64,000 nucleotides of DNA from a bacterium (GTDB taxonomy: Bacteria; UBA8248; JACPRG01; G963555815). Under the pieces are notes generated by a model. The model saw nothing but the letters and a program-made list of their open reading frames with translations. It did no database searches and was not told where the DNA came from. The DNA lies in the NCBI GenBank assembly GCA_965261595.1, contig CBDHDG010000007.1, positions 768,001 to 832,000 on the forward strand, given 5' to 3'. The position numbers and the translations under genes were made by a program. Below are positions 52,201 through 62,765 of the stretch, piece by piece; within the stretch, counting starts at the first letter, position 1; the number at the start of each line of letters is the position of its first letter.

Positions 52201-53406
52201 ATGGAGTCGAAATTCCGGGTCGACCGACAATTCCCCGTCCAGGTCATGGACGCCGTGACGGACACGAGAGAGATCCTGGCGCACGCCAAGCAACAGGCGG
52301 AGGAGCGGAACCTTCAGGATTACGTCGTTTTCGACGTGGACTCCCACATCATCGAGTCCCTGCACTGGAAAGACGTCGCCCGGTACATCGAAGACCCCGT
52401 CATCCGCTCCCAGGCCATGAATTTCGAAAAGGGCGCCTATGGCTTAAACGCGGCCAGCGGATTGCTTTACCAGGACGTGGGCGGGCGCATTCCTCACGAG
52501 CTGGGATTGGGCGAGCCGGTCGACGACCCCGATGTCCATCGAGATGTCGTCCTGATCCGGCGCGCCATGGACAGCCTGAGCGTGGACTATATGGTGGTGT
52601 TCCCCACGTCGATGCTCCAACTGGGCATGAGCCCGCAGCTCCCCATGCAGGTCCTGCTGACCCAGGCGTTCAACCGCTTTATGGTGGAGGACATCCTCAA
52701 GGCCGATGACCGGATCAAGACGCTGATCTGTCTGCCTTTCAACGACCCGGCGGCGTCCCTGCGCACGGTCGAGGAATTCGCGGACGAGCCCGGCGTGATC
52801 GGATTCATGATCACCAGTGTCCGGAACAAGCCGGTTCAAGACAACCAATACATGAAGATTTACGCGACCCTCGAAGAACGGGGGCTGCCGCTGACCTTCC
52901 ACGCCGGGTATTACTGGCACGAGCCCGTGATGGAGCAATTCCACCGGTTCCTCGGCGTACACTCGGTGGGCTTCGTTCTGTGGAACCTGGTGCATATGGT
53001 CAACTGGGTGATTCACGGCCTGCCGGAGCGGTTTCCGAATCTCAAAGTCATTTGGGTCGAGAGCGGGTTGGCCTGGCTGCCCTTCATCATGCAACGGCTG
53101 GACAACGAGTATATGCTCCGAAGCTCCGAGGCGCCGGGGCTCAAGCGGCTGCCGAGCGAGTACATCCGCGAGATGTTCTTTTCGGGCCAACCCCTGGAGC
53201 GGAGCAACATGAAAGCGCTGGAATTGTCCTTTGAAATGGTCAACGCCGAGACCCAGTTGCTCTATGCCTCGGATTGGCCCCACCAGGACTTCGATTTGCC
53301 CAGCTCGATCTTCGACCTGCCGTTCCTGTCCGAGCAGGGGAAACGGAACATTCTGGGCGAAACCGCGCTGAAACTTTTCAACCTGGAAAGACCGAACGGG
53401 AAGTAA
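52201..53406 (+). CDS. Amidohydrolase_2 family protein
   Basis: DVDSH, FHAG, ERFPNLK..VESG..W, YASDWPH. Confidence 0.9.
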   Translation: MESKFRVDRQFPVQVMDAVTDTREILAHAKQQAEERNLQDYVVFDVDSHIIESLHWKDVARYIEDPVIRSQAMNFEKGAYGLNAASGLLYQDVGGRIPHELGLGEPVDDPDVHRDVVLIRRAMDSLSVDYMVVFPTSMLQLGMSPQLPMQVLLTQAFNRFMVEDILKADDRIKTLICLPFNDPAASLRTVEEFADEPGVIGFMITSVRNKPVQDNQYMKIYATLEERGLPLTFHAGYYWHEPVMEQFHRFLGVHSVGFVLWNLVHMVNWVIHGLPERFPNLKVIWVESGLAWLPFIMQRLDNEYMLRSSEAPGLKRLPSEYIREMFFSGQPLERSNMKALELSFEMVNAETQLLYASDWPHQDFDLPSSIFDLPFLSEQGKRNILGETALKLFNLERPNGK

Positions 53407-53524
53407 CTCCCGAATTCGCCCACGCCGGACGCTCATCGGGCCGCTCTCGCAGGAAACCCGGCGCGCCTCCGGGGGAGGAGAGGGCAGGGGGAGACCGGCC
53501 GCCGCACACCACGGAGAATTTTAC

Positions 53525-54895
53525 ATGCCTTTCGATGACCCTCGGGATTTCTGCGCGCACCTGGAAGAGCGGGGAGAGCTCATCCGGATCCGCGACGAGG
53601 TGGACCCCGCATACGAAGTCGGCGCGTACATCCGCAAGACCTCCGACCAGCAGGGGCCCGCTCTCCTGTTCGAGAATGTCAAGGGACACGACATGTGTAT
53701 GGTCGGAGGGATTTTCGCCAGCCGTCGGCGGGTCCTCCTGGCCCTGGCCTACGACCGGGAGGACATCTACGAACGGTTCGGCCACGGGATCGCCAACCCC
53801 GTCCCCAACCGTCTCGTGGACACCGGCCCCTGTAAAGATGTTATCCTGAAAGGGGACGAGGTGGACCTCGGCCGGCTGCCCATCCCCATCTATTCCGAGC
53901 AGGACAAGGGCCCCTTTGTCACGCACGGCATCCAGATCAGCAAAGACCCGGAAGACGGGACGAAGAACGCCTCGATCTACCGGATGCACCTCGCCGGGAA
54001 ACGCGAATTCAGCATTCACGCCGAAAAGCATCACCACCTGACGTACCAACATGTCAAGGCCTCGGCCAAGGGCGAGCCGCTCGAGATCGCCGTGGCCATG
54101 GGATGCGACCCCGTCGTGATGCTGGCCACCCAGGTGGGGGCCTCCTATGGGGTGGATGAGCTGGAGATCGCCGGCGGCCTGAAGGGCAAGCCCGTCGACA
54201 TCGTCAAATGCGAGACAGTGGACCTGGAAGTGCCCGCCGCGACGGAGATCGTCTTCGAGGGCCTGCTCCACCCCGAGCGGCGGGAGCACCACGGGCCCTT
54301 CGGAGAATACAGCGGGTATTACGGCGAGATCACGCACTCTCCCATCATGGAGGTGACGGCCATCACCCACCGGCGGGACCCGGTCTATCACGCCGGCCTG
54401 ACGGGGATGCCCATGACGGAGAACCACTTCCTCAAGCAGATCCCGCACGAGGTCACCCTGCACCAGGAGTTGAAATCGAAGTTCCCCGGCCTCCGGGACA
54501 TCCACTCCACGGCGGCCGGGTGCTGTGATTTCATGGTCTTCATCAATCTGAAGCCGAACATTCCGGGGGAAGCGCGCAACGTCATTCTGGCCGCCATGGC
54601 GAGCGCCAAGCGCCCCAAGTTCGTCGTCGTGTGCGACGAGGACATCGACATCTTCGATCACACCCAGGTGCTCTGGGCGATCTCTACGCGCGTGCGCCCG
54701 GCGAAGGACGTGATCATCATCCCCGATTACAACACGCCCGCCCTGGACCCGTCGGTGGGGCAAAACCAGTTGGGTTCGGCGATGGGGCTCGACGCCACAC
54801 GGCCCTTCGGGGAGCCGTTCGCCGAAGTGCCCGCCTTCCGCGGGATGGACCGCGTTCCCGACCTGCTGGCGCTGATGCGGGCCGGACAATCGTGA
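53525..54895 (+). CDS. UbiD-family (prFMN-dependent) decarboxylase/carboxylase
   Basis: PALLFENVKG, IYRM, EIVFEG, HGPFGE, DEDID..D...VLWA. Confidence 0.92.
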   Translation: MPFDDPRDFCAHLEERGELIRIRDEVDPAYEVGAYIRKTSDQQGPALLFENVKGHDMCMVGGIFASRRRVLLALAYDREDIYERFGHGIANPVPNRLVDTGPCKDVILKGDEVDLGRLPIPIYSEQDKGPFVTHGIQISKDPEDGTKNASIYRMHLAGKREFSIHAEKHHHLTYQHVKASAKGEPLEIAVAMGCDPVVMLATQVGASYGVDELEIAGGLKGKPVDIVKCETVDLEVPAATEIVFEGLLHPERREHHGPFGEYSGYYGEITHSPIMEVTAITHRRDPVYHAGLTGMPMTENHFLKQIPHEVTLHQELKSKFPGLRDIHSTAAGCCDFMVFINLKPNIPGEARNVILAAMASAKRPKFVVVCDEDIDIFDHTQVLWAISTRVRPAKDVIIIPDYNTPALDPSVGQNQLGSAMGLDATRPFGEPFAEVPAFRGMDRVPDLLALMRAGQS

Positions 54896-54953
54896 TTGAA
54901 TCGTTCGGGGTTGCCTGAGAACGGAAGAGCATCCGGCCGCCCCCCCGGCGGCG

Positions 54954-56387
54954 ATGGAACCCGACACAAGAGAAGGAGCCCGCGACGTGCCCAAAGATCT
55001 AAGAACCTTCCTCGAGCTGGCGGAGATGAAATTGCCGGGCGGCGTTCGCCGGGTCCGACGCGAAGTCGACCCCGAGTACGAGCTCTGCGCCATTCTTCGC
55101 AAGCTTCAGCTCCGGGGGGAAGTCCCCATCGTCATCTTCGAGAAGGTGAAGGGCTCGGACATGCCGCTGGTGGTGAACGCCATCGCCGACGAGCCGAAAC
55201 TCGCCCTCACCCTCGAGGTGACCGAGCGGGAGCTTCTCAAAACGTTCGTCAAGCGCGAGGCGAATCCCATCCCGCCCAAGGAGGTCAAGGACGGGCCGGT
55301 GATGGAACAGGTGTTCACCGGGAAGGATGTGGACCTCTACCGCCTTCCCATGACCACCCAATGCGAGAAGGACAGCGGGGCCTTCCTCACCGTCGGGGTG
55401 ACCATCTGCCGGGACCCCGACACCGGCACCTACAACTCCGGGATCTACCGGCAGATGCGCCACGAGCGCAACGTGCTCGGGATGAGCTTCGAGCCGCAAT
55501 CTCACCTGGGCTACTGCTACCGGAAGATGGAAAAACAGGGCAAAGGCCTGCCCATCGTCACCTACCTGGGCCACCATCCGGCCACGCTGCTGGGGAGCCA
55601 GTCGCGGCTTCCCCTCGGGGGAAACGAGATGAGCGTCATGGGCGGGCTGATGGAAGAGCCGCTCGAGCTGACGCCCTGCCAGAGCCAGGATCTCATGGTT
55701 CCGGCCCGCGCCGAGATCGCCATCGAGGGGTTCATCCGGCCGAACGAGCGGCGGTGGGAGGGCCCGTTCGGCGAATACACCTGGTACTACGGCTACGCGC
55801 GAAACAGCCCCGTCTTCGAGGTCACGGCCATCACTCACCGTAAAAACCCGTACTACCAGGACCTGTTCAGCGTCTTCCCCGAGCACCTGCTGGCCGGCCG
55901 GGTCGGGCGCGAGGCCGTCCTGTTCGAGAAGGTGCGGGCCAGTTGTCCATCGGTCCGTGACGTCTCCATGCCCATGTCGGGCACGTGCCGGCAGACGGCC
56001 TACGTCCAGATCGACAAGCAGTTCGACGGCGAGGCGAAGATGGCGGCCCTGGCGGCCATGGCCTCGGACGCCTTCATCAAATGGGTGGTCGTGGTGGACA
56101 AGGACGTCGACGTCCACAACGAGAGCCAGGTCCTGTGGGCCATCTCCACCCGGACGCAGCCGGACCAGGACACGTTCTTCGTTCCGAACTCCGTCGGCTC
56201 CCGTCTCGACCCCTCCGGTTACTCGGTGTGGAGCCGCCACGAGCGAAACGGGATGAACACCAAGTGGGCCATCGACGCGACCATGCCCATCGAGGCCCCC
56301 TTCGAGGAGGTGGCCGACGTGCCCCAGGACGTCCTGGACCGGATCGACCTGGGGGATTACTTCGAGGATTTAAAGGAGACGCACTGA
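54954..56387 (+). CDS. UbiD-family decarboxylase/carboxylase (second)
   Basis: IYRQ, EIAIEG, EGPFGE, VDKDVD, LDPS, IDAT. Confidence 0.92.
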   Translation: MEPDTREGARDVPKDLRTFLELAEMKLPGGVRRVRREVDPEYELCAILRKLQLRGEVPIVIFEKVKGSDMPLVVNAIADEPKLALTLEVTERELLKTFVKREANPIPPKEVKDGPVMEQVFTGKDVDLYRLPMTTQCEKDSGAFLTVGVTICRDPDTGTYNSGIYRQMRHERNVLGMSFEPQSHLGYCYRKMEKQGKGLPIVTYLGHHPATLLGSQSRLPLGGNEMSVMGGLMEEPLELTPCQSQDLMVPARAEIAIEGFIRPNERRWEGPFGEYTWYYGYARNSPVFEVTAITHRKNPYYQDLFSVFPEHLLAGRVGREAVLFEKVRASCPSVRDVSMPMSGTCRQTAYVQIDKQFDGEAKMAALAAMASDAFIKWVVVVDKDVDVHNESQVLWAISTRTQPDQDTFFVPNSVGSRLDPSGYSVWSRHERNGMNTKWAIDATMPIEAPFEEVADVPQDVLDRIDLGDYFEDLKETH

Positions 56388-56388
56388 C

Positions 56389-56745
56389 ATGGCGGAAACC
56401 AGCACGGCAACGGAGATCGGCGAGCTTCGTCAGGCGTTGTCCGTCCTTCACCTGGACCTTCTCATCCACAAAGGCTTCTCGGCCAGCGCCCGCTGGAAGG
56501 CGGAGCGGGGCGTGGACGCCGCGCTCCCCGAGTTCGACGCGGCCGGCCGGGTCCTGGAAGGATCCCCCTGGTCGGATGACGCCCGCGCGGCGGTGAAAAA
56601 TCTCGAGGGGGCGCTCGCTGGATACCGGGAGGCCATCGCCTCCTTCGATCCAACACGGGAGACCTATTTCCGCACCCTGCTGATCGACGCCCTCTGGGGC
56701 CTCAAAGAGGCCGTGTTCGGCTGGCCGCCGGAGCATGGCGTCTAG
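56389..56745 (+). CDS. Small hypothetical protein coupled to UbiD
   Basis: ATG 1 bp after the UbiD stop, AAGGAG RBS. Confidence 0.7.
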   Translation: MAETSTATEIGELRQALSVLHLDLLIHKGFSASARWKAERGVDAALPEFDAAGRVLEGSPWSDDARAAVKNLEGALAGYREAIASFDPTRETYFRTLLIDALWGLKEAVFGWPPEHGV

Positions 56746-56869
56746 GCGGCGTCTACACAGGGGGGCTCCGAACCATCAGGGTCACCCGCCGTCATCGGGC
56801 GGAAGCGCAGGAAAGCAAGGCAAAGAGGGTTCATCCCGCATCCTGAATTGGGCTCCCGGTTAAGGGAGC

Positions 56870-57914
56870 GTGACACGGAAAGGAGAGGGGAGAATAAAGA
56901 CTCGCATAGCCGTTCTCGCCGCGTTTCTGTTCTTATCGGGAGGGCTGAGGGGGCAAACCGCCGCGGCCGGGGAGCCGTTCCTGCTCGACTGGATCATCTA
57001 CGGGAAGCACGCGCCCTTCTTCGTGGTCCAGGACAAAGGATTTTTCAAAAAGGCGGGGCTGGACGTCTCGTACAAGCGCGGATTCGGCTCCGGCGACACG
57101 ATCAAGAAGGTCGGGGCGAAGGCCGCCCGTCTCGGGTTCGCCGACGCCAGCTCGCTGGTCGAGCGCCAGGGCCAACGCCAACGTCCCGGTGAAAGAGGTC
57201 GCGATGATCCACGCCAAGTCTCTGGAGATCGTGGGCTTCCTCAAAGAGAAGGGCTACAAGACGCCCAAGGACCTGATCGGCCAAAGGTACGGCAATCCGC
57301 CGTACAACCGCTGTTGCTTCCCGGCCCTGGCGGGCGCCAACGGATTCGACGCCAAATCCATCAAGGAGATCGGGATGGAGGTCGGCTCACTCATCCCCTC
57401 GCTCCTGACCAACCGGGTCGATTTCATCGCCCTGTTCGCCACCGAGCTGCCGACCCTGCGCGCCAAAGCCGCCGACGTCGGCAAAAAGGTCGGCGCCTTC
57501 TATTTCTCCGACTGGGGCGTGGACGCCTATAACAACGGCATCGTCGTCCACGAGGACAACATCCGATCCGACCCGAAGTTCGTACGCGGCGCCGTCAAGG
57601 CCGTCATGGAAGGCTGGGCGTGGGCCCTCCTTAATGTGGATGAGACGGTGAAGAACTTTTTGAAATACGCGCCGGGCATGAGTGAGAAGCTGATCCGGGG
57701 GCATCTCAACGTCGCCATCGAGCACCTGTTCGATGATGGCGTCCGGCAGCACGGCCTGGGGTACATCGACCACGACAAAATGGGCGCGACCGCCGGGATC
57801 ATCACAAAATACTTGAAGCTGAAGAAGCGCATCCCGGCCGAAGACCTCTACACGAACCGGTTCCTTCCCCAGTGGGCCTCGATCAAGGCGGCCCTGGGCG
57901 ATCGGGCCAGGTAG
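56870..57914 (+). CDS. NMT1/THI5-like ABC substrate-binding protein (frameshift near 57165)
   Basis: LDW..YGKHAPF, GFGSGD, LYTNRF. Confidence 0.85.
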
Positions 57915-58064
57915 GCCCTCTTGCCCGCCAGGGCGAACATCTGAACGGGGTGGGTAAGTGTGACGGGCGGGGATGCGTCCGCTGTCGCGCGGCGCGGCAC
58001 AGGCGCCGGCGGAGGTCCATTCGGCAAGCAACCCGCGAGACCGCCGGTTTGTGAGAAACGCGGG

Positions 58065-58928
58065 TCATCCCCCGGCGGACATCGAGATCACGACGACGCC
58101 GATGAAGACCGTCAGCGCGCCCGCGGCCAGCCGCCAGGTGACCTGTTCGAGCTTCTGGATCAGAACCCTCGCTATCAGGATGGAAACAAGCGGGGAGGTG
58201 TAGATGAGGGGGGTCACGAAGCTGACGGTCCCGAGGCTCACGGCCTTGTAGAGGGTGATGAAGGCGGAAGCGTACCCGAGACCCCCCATGAGGAAGAACC
58301 CAATCCCCCGGAGGTCCCCGCCCCACCGGCTTTCGCGCGGAACCAGGGACACGCCCGCCAACAGGGCGATGAGCGCTCCCCCCGAGGAGATGGCGGTCCC
58401 GAGCAGGGGGTCCGGCAGAGACCGGATGCCCATTCGCATGAAGACGGGAATCAGGGCGAAGAAGACCGTTGGAATTAGACCGAAAACCGCCGCGGACGGG
58501 GATATCCGCGTCGCGGACCGATCGACCAGGATGCTGACGACCCCCCCGACGATGAAGACGGCGCCCACCGGGATGTGCCATGTGGGCCGCTCCCCCATGA
58601 AAACCACGCCGATGAGGATCACCAGAAAGGGCGTGACGGAGTTGAGCACCGCCGCCCGCGAGACGCCCAGCCTGCGGATGCTGAAGTAGTATAGGAGCCG
58701 CCCAGGCGCCAGGCCCGCCACTCCCACAAGGAAAAACCACCCGGCCGCGGGCCAAAGCGCGCCCGGCCCGCTCCCCCGAATCCCGATGACGATCCCCAGG
58801 GCCGTGGCCATGGAGATGGAATTGAAGATGGCCCCGGTGTAGGGCGTGGCGGTTCGAACGCCCATCCGGGTGAAGATGTCGGCCGCGCCGAAGCAGAACC
58901 CGCTCAAAAGCGCCCAGAAGACCGTCAT
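58065..58928 (-). CDS. EamA/DMT family transporter
   Basis: About 10 TM, two EamA repeats. Confidence 0.85.
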   Translation of the reverse strand: MTVFWALLSGFCFGAADIFTRMGVRTATPYTGAIFNSISMATALGIVIGIRGSGPGALWPAAGWFFLVGVAGLAPGRLLYYFSIRRLGVSRAAVLNSVTPFLVILIGVVFMGERPTWHIPVGAVFIVGGVVSILVDRSATRISPSAAVFGLIPTVFFALIPVFMRMGIRSLPDPLLGTAISSGGALIALLAGVSLVPRESRWGGDLRGIGFFLMGGLGYASAFITLYKAVSLGTVSFVTPLIYTSPLVSILIARVLIQKLEQVTWRLAAGALTVFIGVVVISMSAGG

Positions 58929-59380
58929 GTGGCGATCAAACCGTGCGCGTCCTTTTCAAAAAAATTCTCCCCGATCCCGCCCGCCCGCCGGTTCGCCGTT
59001 CCGGGGCTACCCTAGCATTTCTCGCCAACGCGTCGCCTGAATCCTGATTTGCCGAGGAATCACCCCTGGTGGTTCGTTTCCGCTGATGCTGACAGATGAT
59101 TCTTCAAGCGCTCGGTTTCCGGGCAGGGGCGGACCCTCCGCCCGTGGACAGGTCGCCGAAGCGAATGGTTCTGAACGGATTTAGTTATGGCCCAAAAAAA
59201 TACCGGGCGAGGACGTTCGGCCTAAGCCTACCAGCCCCCGCCCGGCGGGTTTTGTATTCGGTCCCGGCCTGATTCGGACGAGACCCAGGAGCGAGTCTAG
59301 GCTTCAGGACGCACACTCCCCGCTCCCGTAAGAGACGGGAATTCCGGCGGCGGCGGCTCTATCTCCACCGTTTCCGAAGC

Positions 59381-59503
59381 CTTGGCGCAACGAAACGAAA
59401 TCCTGTTATTCCGGTTGTCTGGTTGCCTATTGTTGCGATTCGCTGCGCGGAAGTTCGTCGTATTGTCGTTGTTCCAGGAACCGCCGCGCAAAACGCGCCC
59501 GTT
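59381..59503 (-). other. DGR template repeat (TR), CLec/FGE-sulfatase type
   Basis: Reads RVLRGGSWNNDNTTNFRAANRNNRQPDNRNNRISFRCAK with 10 AAC/AAT codons, a few nt after the RT stop; boundaries approximate. Confidence 0.9.
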
Positions 59504-59509
59504 TTTGAC

Positions 59510-60807
59510 TCACCCCTTTCCTGCAAAAACAGCGTCTCTCAAAACCCTCCCCCTGACCCGATACGCATCCGCGTGGGAGGCATGGGCGATCCAACTCATG
59601 ACCGACTGTCGGACGTCATCAAGCGTAATGGTTCCCTCCCGATAACCCGCTTGCAGCTTTCTCAGCCTTCGCCTCGCGTGGCGGACATTGGATTTTCGCA
59701 ACAGCCGGTGGGTCGGAAAAACGCGGTAGCCCAGGAAATCAATCCCGTCGCTCACGCGGTAGACGCGGCTTTTTCGGGGGTGCAGCCTGAGGCGAATCGC
59801 CCCCAGACGCTCCCGGCAGGCCGCCAGGGCGTCCCAAAGGGCGGGCTTGTCGTCCCCGAAGATGACAAAATCGTCCACGTACCGGACGTAGAACCTCCGC
59901 TCAAGGGTCTCCTTCACCCAGTGGTCGAACCCGGTCAGGTGAACGTTGGCGAAGAACTGGCTGGTCAGGTTGCCGATGGGGATGCCGTGGGGTCTCTCAA
60001 ACGGCGTGAACAGGTCGTCCCCGGAGAAGTAGAGACCGTCCTCGGAGCGCATCGATCCCAGGACCTTTCGGATCAGCCCGAGGGTTCTCTCGCACGCGAT
60101 CCGTTTCGCGACGGCCGCCATGAGGATCTCGTGGTCCATGCTCGGGAAATACCGCACGATGTCGCCCTTGAGGACGTACCGGTTCTTCCGGCAGAACGCC
60201 TGATACCGGTCCACGGCGGCGTGGGTCCCCTTTCCCCTCCGGCAGGCGTACGAGTCGCCTGGACGGCTACCGGGACCTGTGGATGACACCCTCTGAACAT
60301 CCCCGGAGAAGTAGAGACCGTCCTCGGAGCGCATCGATCCCAGGTCGGATCAGCCCGAGGGTTCTCTCGCACGCGATCCGTTTCGCGACGGCCGCCATGA
60401 TCTCGTGGTCCATGCTCGGGAAATACCGCACGATGTCGCCCTTGAGGACGTACCGGTTCTTCCGGCAGAACGCCTGATACCGGTCCACGGCGGCGTGGGT
60501 CCCCTTTCCCCTCCGGCAGGCGTACGAGTCATGGATGAAGGTCTTGTCGAAGATCGGCTTGATGACGTTGCACAAGGCATGGTGGACCACCCGGTCGCGG
60601 AATGACCCGGGGCTTGGTGTCCCGGACGGTGAACCGCGTGTAGCCGCCGGGTTGATAAGTTTGGTCAAGCAATTCCCTCTGAAGCCGGGGGATCTCGCGC
60701 TCCAATTCGAAAAGGAACCGCGCGGTGGAGGGTTTCGAGCGCTTGCCTTTGGCTGCCTTACGAGCCGCCAGAAGGAGGTTATCGAAAGAGCACACTTGAG
60801 AATAAAG
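59510..60807 (-). pseudogene. DGR reverse transcriptase, 5'-truncated, frameshifted, with internal duplication
   Basis: [74 protein letters not shown]. Confidence 0.9.
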
Positions 60808-60853
60808 TGGACCGCCCCTGGGTTATTGGACACTCGGGTGAGGGTATTCGACC

Positions 60854-61762
60854 TCATGCGGCCTCCGCAACTTGAGCGAGTTTTTCCTGCCTTGCCTGGG
60901 CCGGCGTTCGGTAGCCGTAGCCCTCGAGAATCCAATGATGGTTGTACAGGTTCTTGAACTCAAGCAGCGCCCACCGCAGTTCCTCTACGGTGGCGAAAGA
61001 GCGCACCCACAGGAGATTCTCCTTCAAGATGCGGATGAACCACTCACAGTAGCCATTTCCCTCGGGCGCCCGCACGAAGCTGGGCGAACTGGTCATGCCC
61101 AGGTAGGCGATCTCCCGCTGAAAGTCATCGGACAGATAGGCGGGGCCGTGGTCGTGACGAACTTTAAGCCCCTCGGCGACGTCCGCCTCCAAGCCGGCGA
61201 AGCGCTCGGCGACCCCCTGCCGGATCGGCTCCAGGGCCTCGAAGCGGTTGCCGCTCTTGGCCGCATGGATCCCCACGCAGTCCACCGAGCAGTGATCCAC
61301 CGCCACGAACACCGAGGCCATCCCCTCCTCGGTGGTCACCGTCGTCGTCATGTGCGTGCCCCACATTCGGTCGGGCCGCTCGGTGCGGATGGTCCCGTTG
61401 TGGGCCTTGGGACCTCGGGGTTTGCCCACCCGGTGAGGGGCCTGAAGCCCCGCCTCCCGCATCAGGCGACGCACCCGCTCCTTGCTGGTGCGGATGCCCG
61501 CGAAGCGCAGCCTCGCCCACACCTTGCGGTAGCCCTCGCCATGGAAGGGAGAGTCCTCCAGGACCTGCCGGATGTGGCCGAGGAGTTCCGCATCGGTGCA
61601 CGGGCCCACAGGGCCGCGCTTATTGGGCGTGGGGCGTTCATGAACGGGGACCGCCTCTCGCCGCCGTTGCGCGTAGACCGTGGAGCGCGCCAAGCCCCAA
61701 AGGGCGCACACCCGCTTCAGGCCGTAGGCTCTGCCCGTGGAGGTGAAGCGGGCCTGACTCAT
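60854..61762 (-). CDS. IS3 transposase OrfB
   Basis: rve domain; ATGA overlap with OrfA. Confidence 0.88.
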   Translation of the reverse strand: MSQARFTSTGRAYGLKRVCALWGLARSTVYAQRRREAVPVHERPTPNKRGPVGPCTDAELLGHIRQVLEDSPFHGEGYRKVWARLRFAGIRTSKERVRRLMREAGLQAPHRVGKPRGPKAHNGTIRTERPDRMWGTHMTTTVTTEEGMASVFVAVDHCSVDCVGIHAAKSGNRFEALEPIRQGVAERFAGLEADVAEGLKVRHDHGPAYLSDDFQREIAYLGMTSSPSFVRAPEGNGYCEWFIRILKENLLWVRSFATVEELRWALLEFKNLYNHHWILEGYGYRTPAQARQEKLAQVAEAA

Positions 61763-62145
61763 CGCCTCCACCTCCTGCCGGCTAAAGGGCGGCCGGCCTC
61801 CAGGCGGTCGATCTTCTCCCGCAGGACCTCGCCCTCCATCGTGAGTTCGCCCACCTTGGCCTTGAGCCGGGCGTTCTCCTCGGCCCGCTCATCCGCCGGG
61901 CGGGCTTTGAGCGCCGCCTCGCCCCCGCGAAGGAACGCCTCGCGCCAGGCGGAAAGCCGAGCCGCTGTCGTGCCCAACTCGCGGCAGAGCGTCTCCAGGC
62001 TCTCGCCCCGCAAAAGACGCAGGACCGCCTCCCGCTTGCGCTGGCAGGAGAACCGACCCCGCTCACTGCGATGCCCTGGGGCCTTGGCTCCGTTCGCCCT
62101 GCGGGCGCCCTCCGCCAAAGCCCCCTCTTGCTTTTGTTCGTTCAT
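61759..62145 (-). CDS. IS3 transposase OrfA
   Basis: Same as copy A. Confidence 0.85.
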   Translation of the reverse strand: MNEQKQEGALAEGARRANGAKAPGHRSERGRFSCQRKREAVLRLLRGESLETLCRELGTTAARLSAWREAFLRGGEAALKARPADERAEENARLKAKVGELTMEGEVLREKIDRLEAGRPLAGRRWRR

Positions 62146-62450
62146 CGCGACACCCCTTTCTCCATGAATCATGGATCAATCGAGTGTCCAACAAAACCCT
62201 AGAGCGGGGGACAGCCGCTCAACTCACCGACTATACTGAAGATGCCCAGCCTGTAATCCAGGCAGAGATTCGCAAGCGGGGCATACAAAGGTATGAGGTT
62301 GAGCGAAAAAGAATTTCGAACACAATCCCTTCGCCAACACTGGCTGGCACCGGGACCCAAAATATCCAACGAAAACTTCCTATTTGGACCACTGGAGTTG
62401 ACCCGGTTTGGTGGACACCTGATGATTTGGGGGTAAAGGAGGTGTTCACG

Positions 62451-62765
62451 ATGCCACAGACTCACCCACGCTATCCAATGGAGTTCCGCTGCCAGATGGT
62501 AGAGTTGGTCCGGGCGGGACGCACGCCCGAGGCGCTGGCGCACGAGTTCGAGCCCTCGGCGCAGACGATCCGCACCTGGGCCCATCAAGCCGACGTTGAC
62601 GAGGGGCGTCGCAAAGACGGGCTCACGAGCGATGAGCGGGAGGAGTTGCGCCGACTTCGCCGCGAGAACCGACAGCTCCGCCAGGAGCGGGAGATCTTAG
62701 CAAAAGCCGCGGCCTGGTTTGCTCGGGATACCGATTCGATCCCGTCCGGATCTACGGGTTCGTGA
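62451..62765 (+). CDS. IS3 transposase OrfA
   Basis: RYPMEFR..MVELV, ELRRLRREN..L..EREILAKAAAWFA. Confidence 0.9.
   Translation: MPQTHPRYPMEFRCQMVELVRAGRTPEALAHEFEPSAQTIRTWAHQADVDEGRRKDGLTSDEREELRRLRRENRQLRQEREILAKAAAWFARDTDSIPSGSTGS

Larger units (their letters stand above)
60808..62213 (-). mobile_element. IS3-family element, copy B (1406 bp)
   Basis: TG...CA ends; near-identical to copy A, inverted; no TSD. Confidence 0.95.

Noticed and set aside
59297..59491. 64-aa ORF as a protein gene or DGR target
   Set aside because: No upstream CLec domain or clear RBS, and AAY saturation marks it as the template rather than a VR
59510..60807. RT as group II intron or retron
   Set aside because: Has IGNLTSQ rather than PQG, no intron domain V or maturase seen, no VTG retron motif, and a TR is adjacent
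43535..62213. Composite transposon moved as one unit
   Set aside because: Copy A has its own CCT duplication and the outer flanks share no TSD
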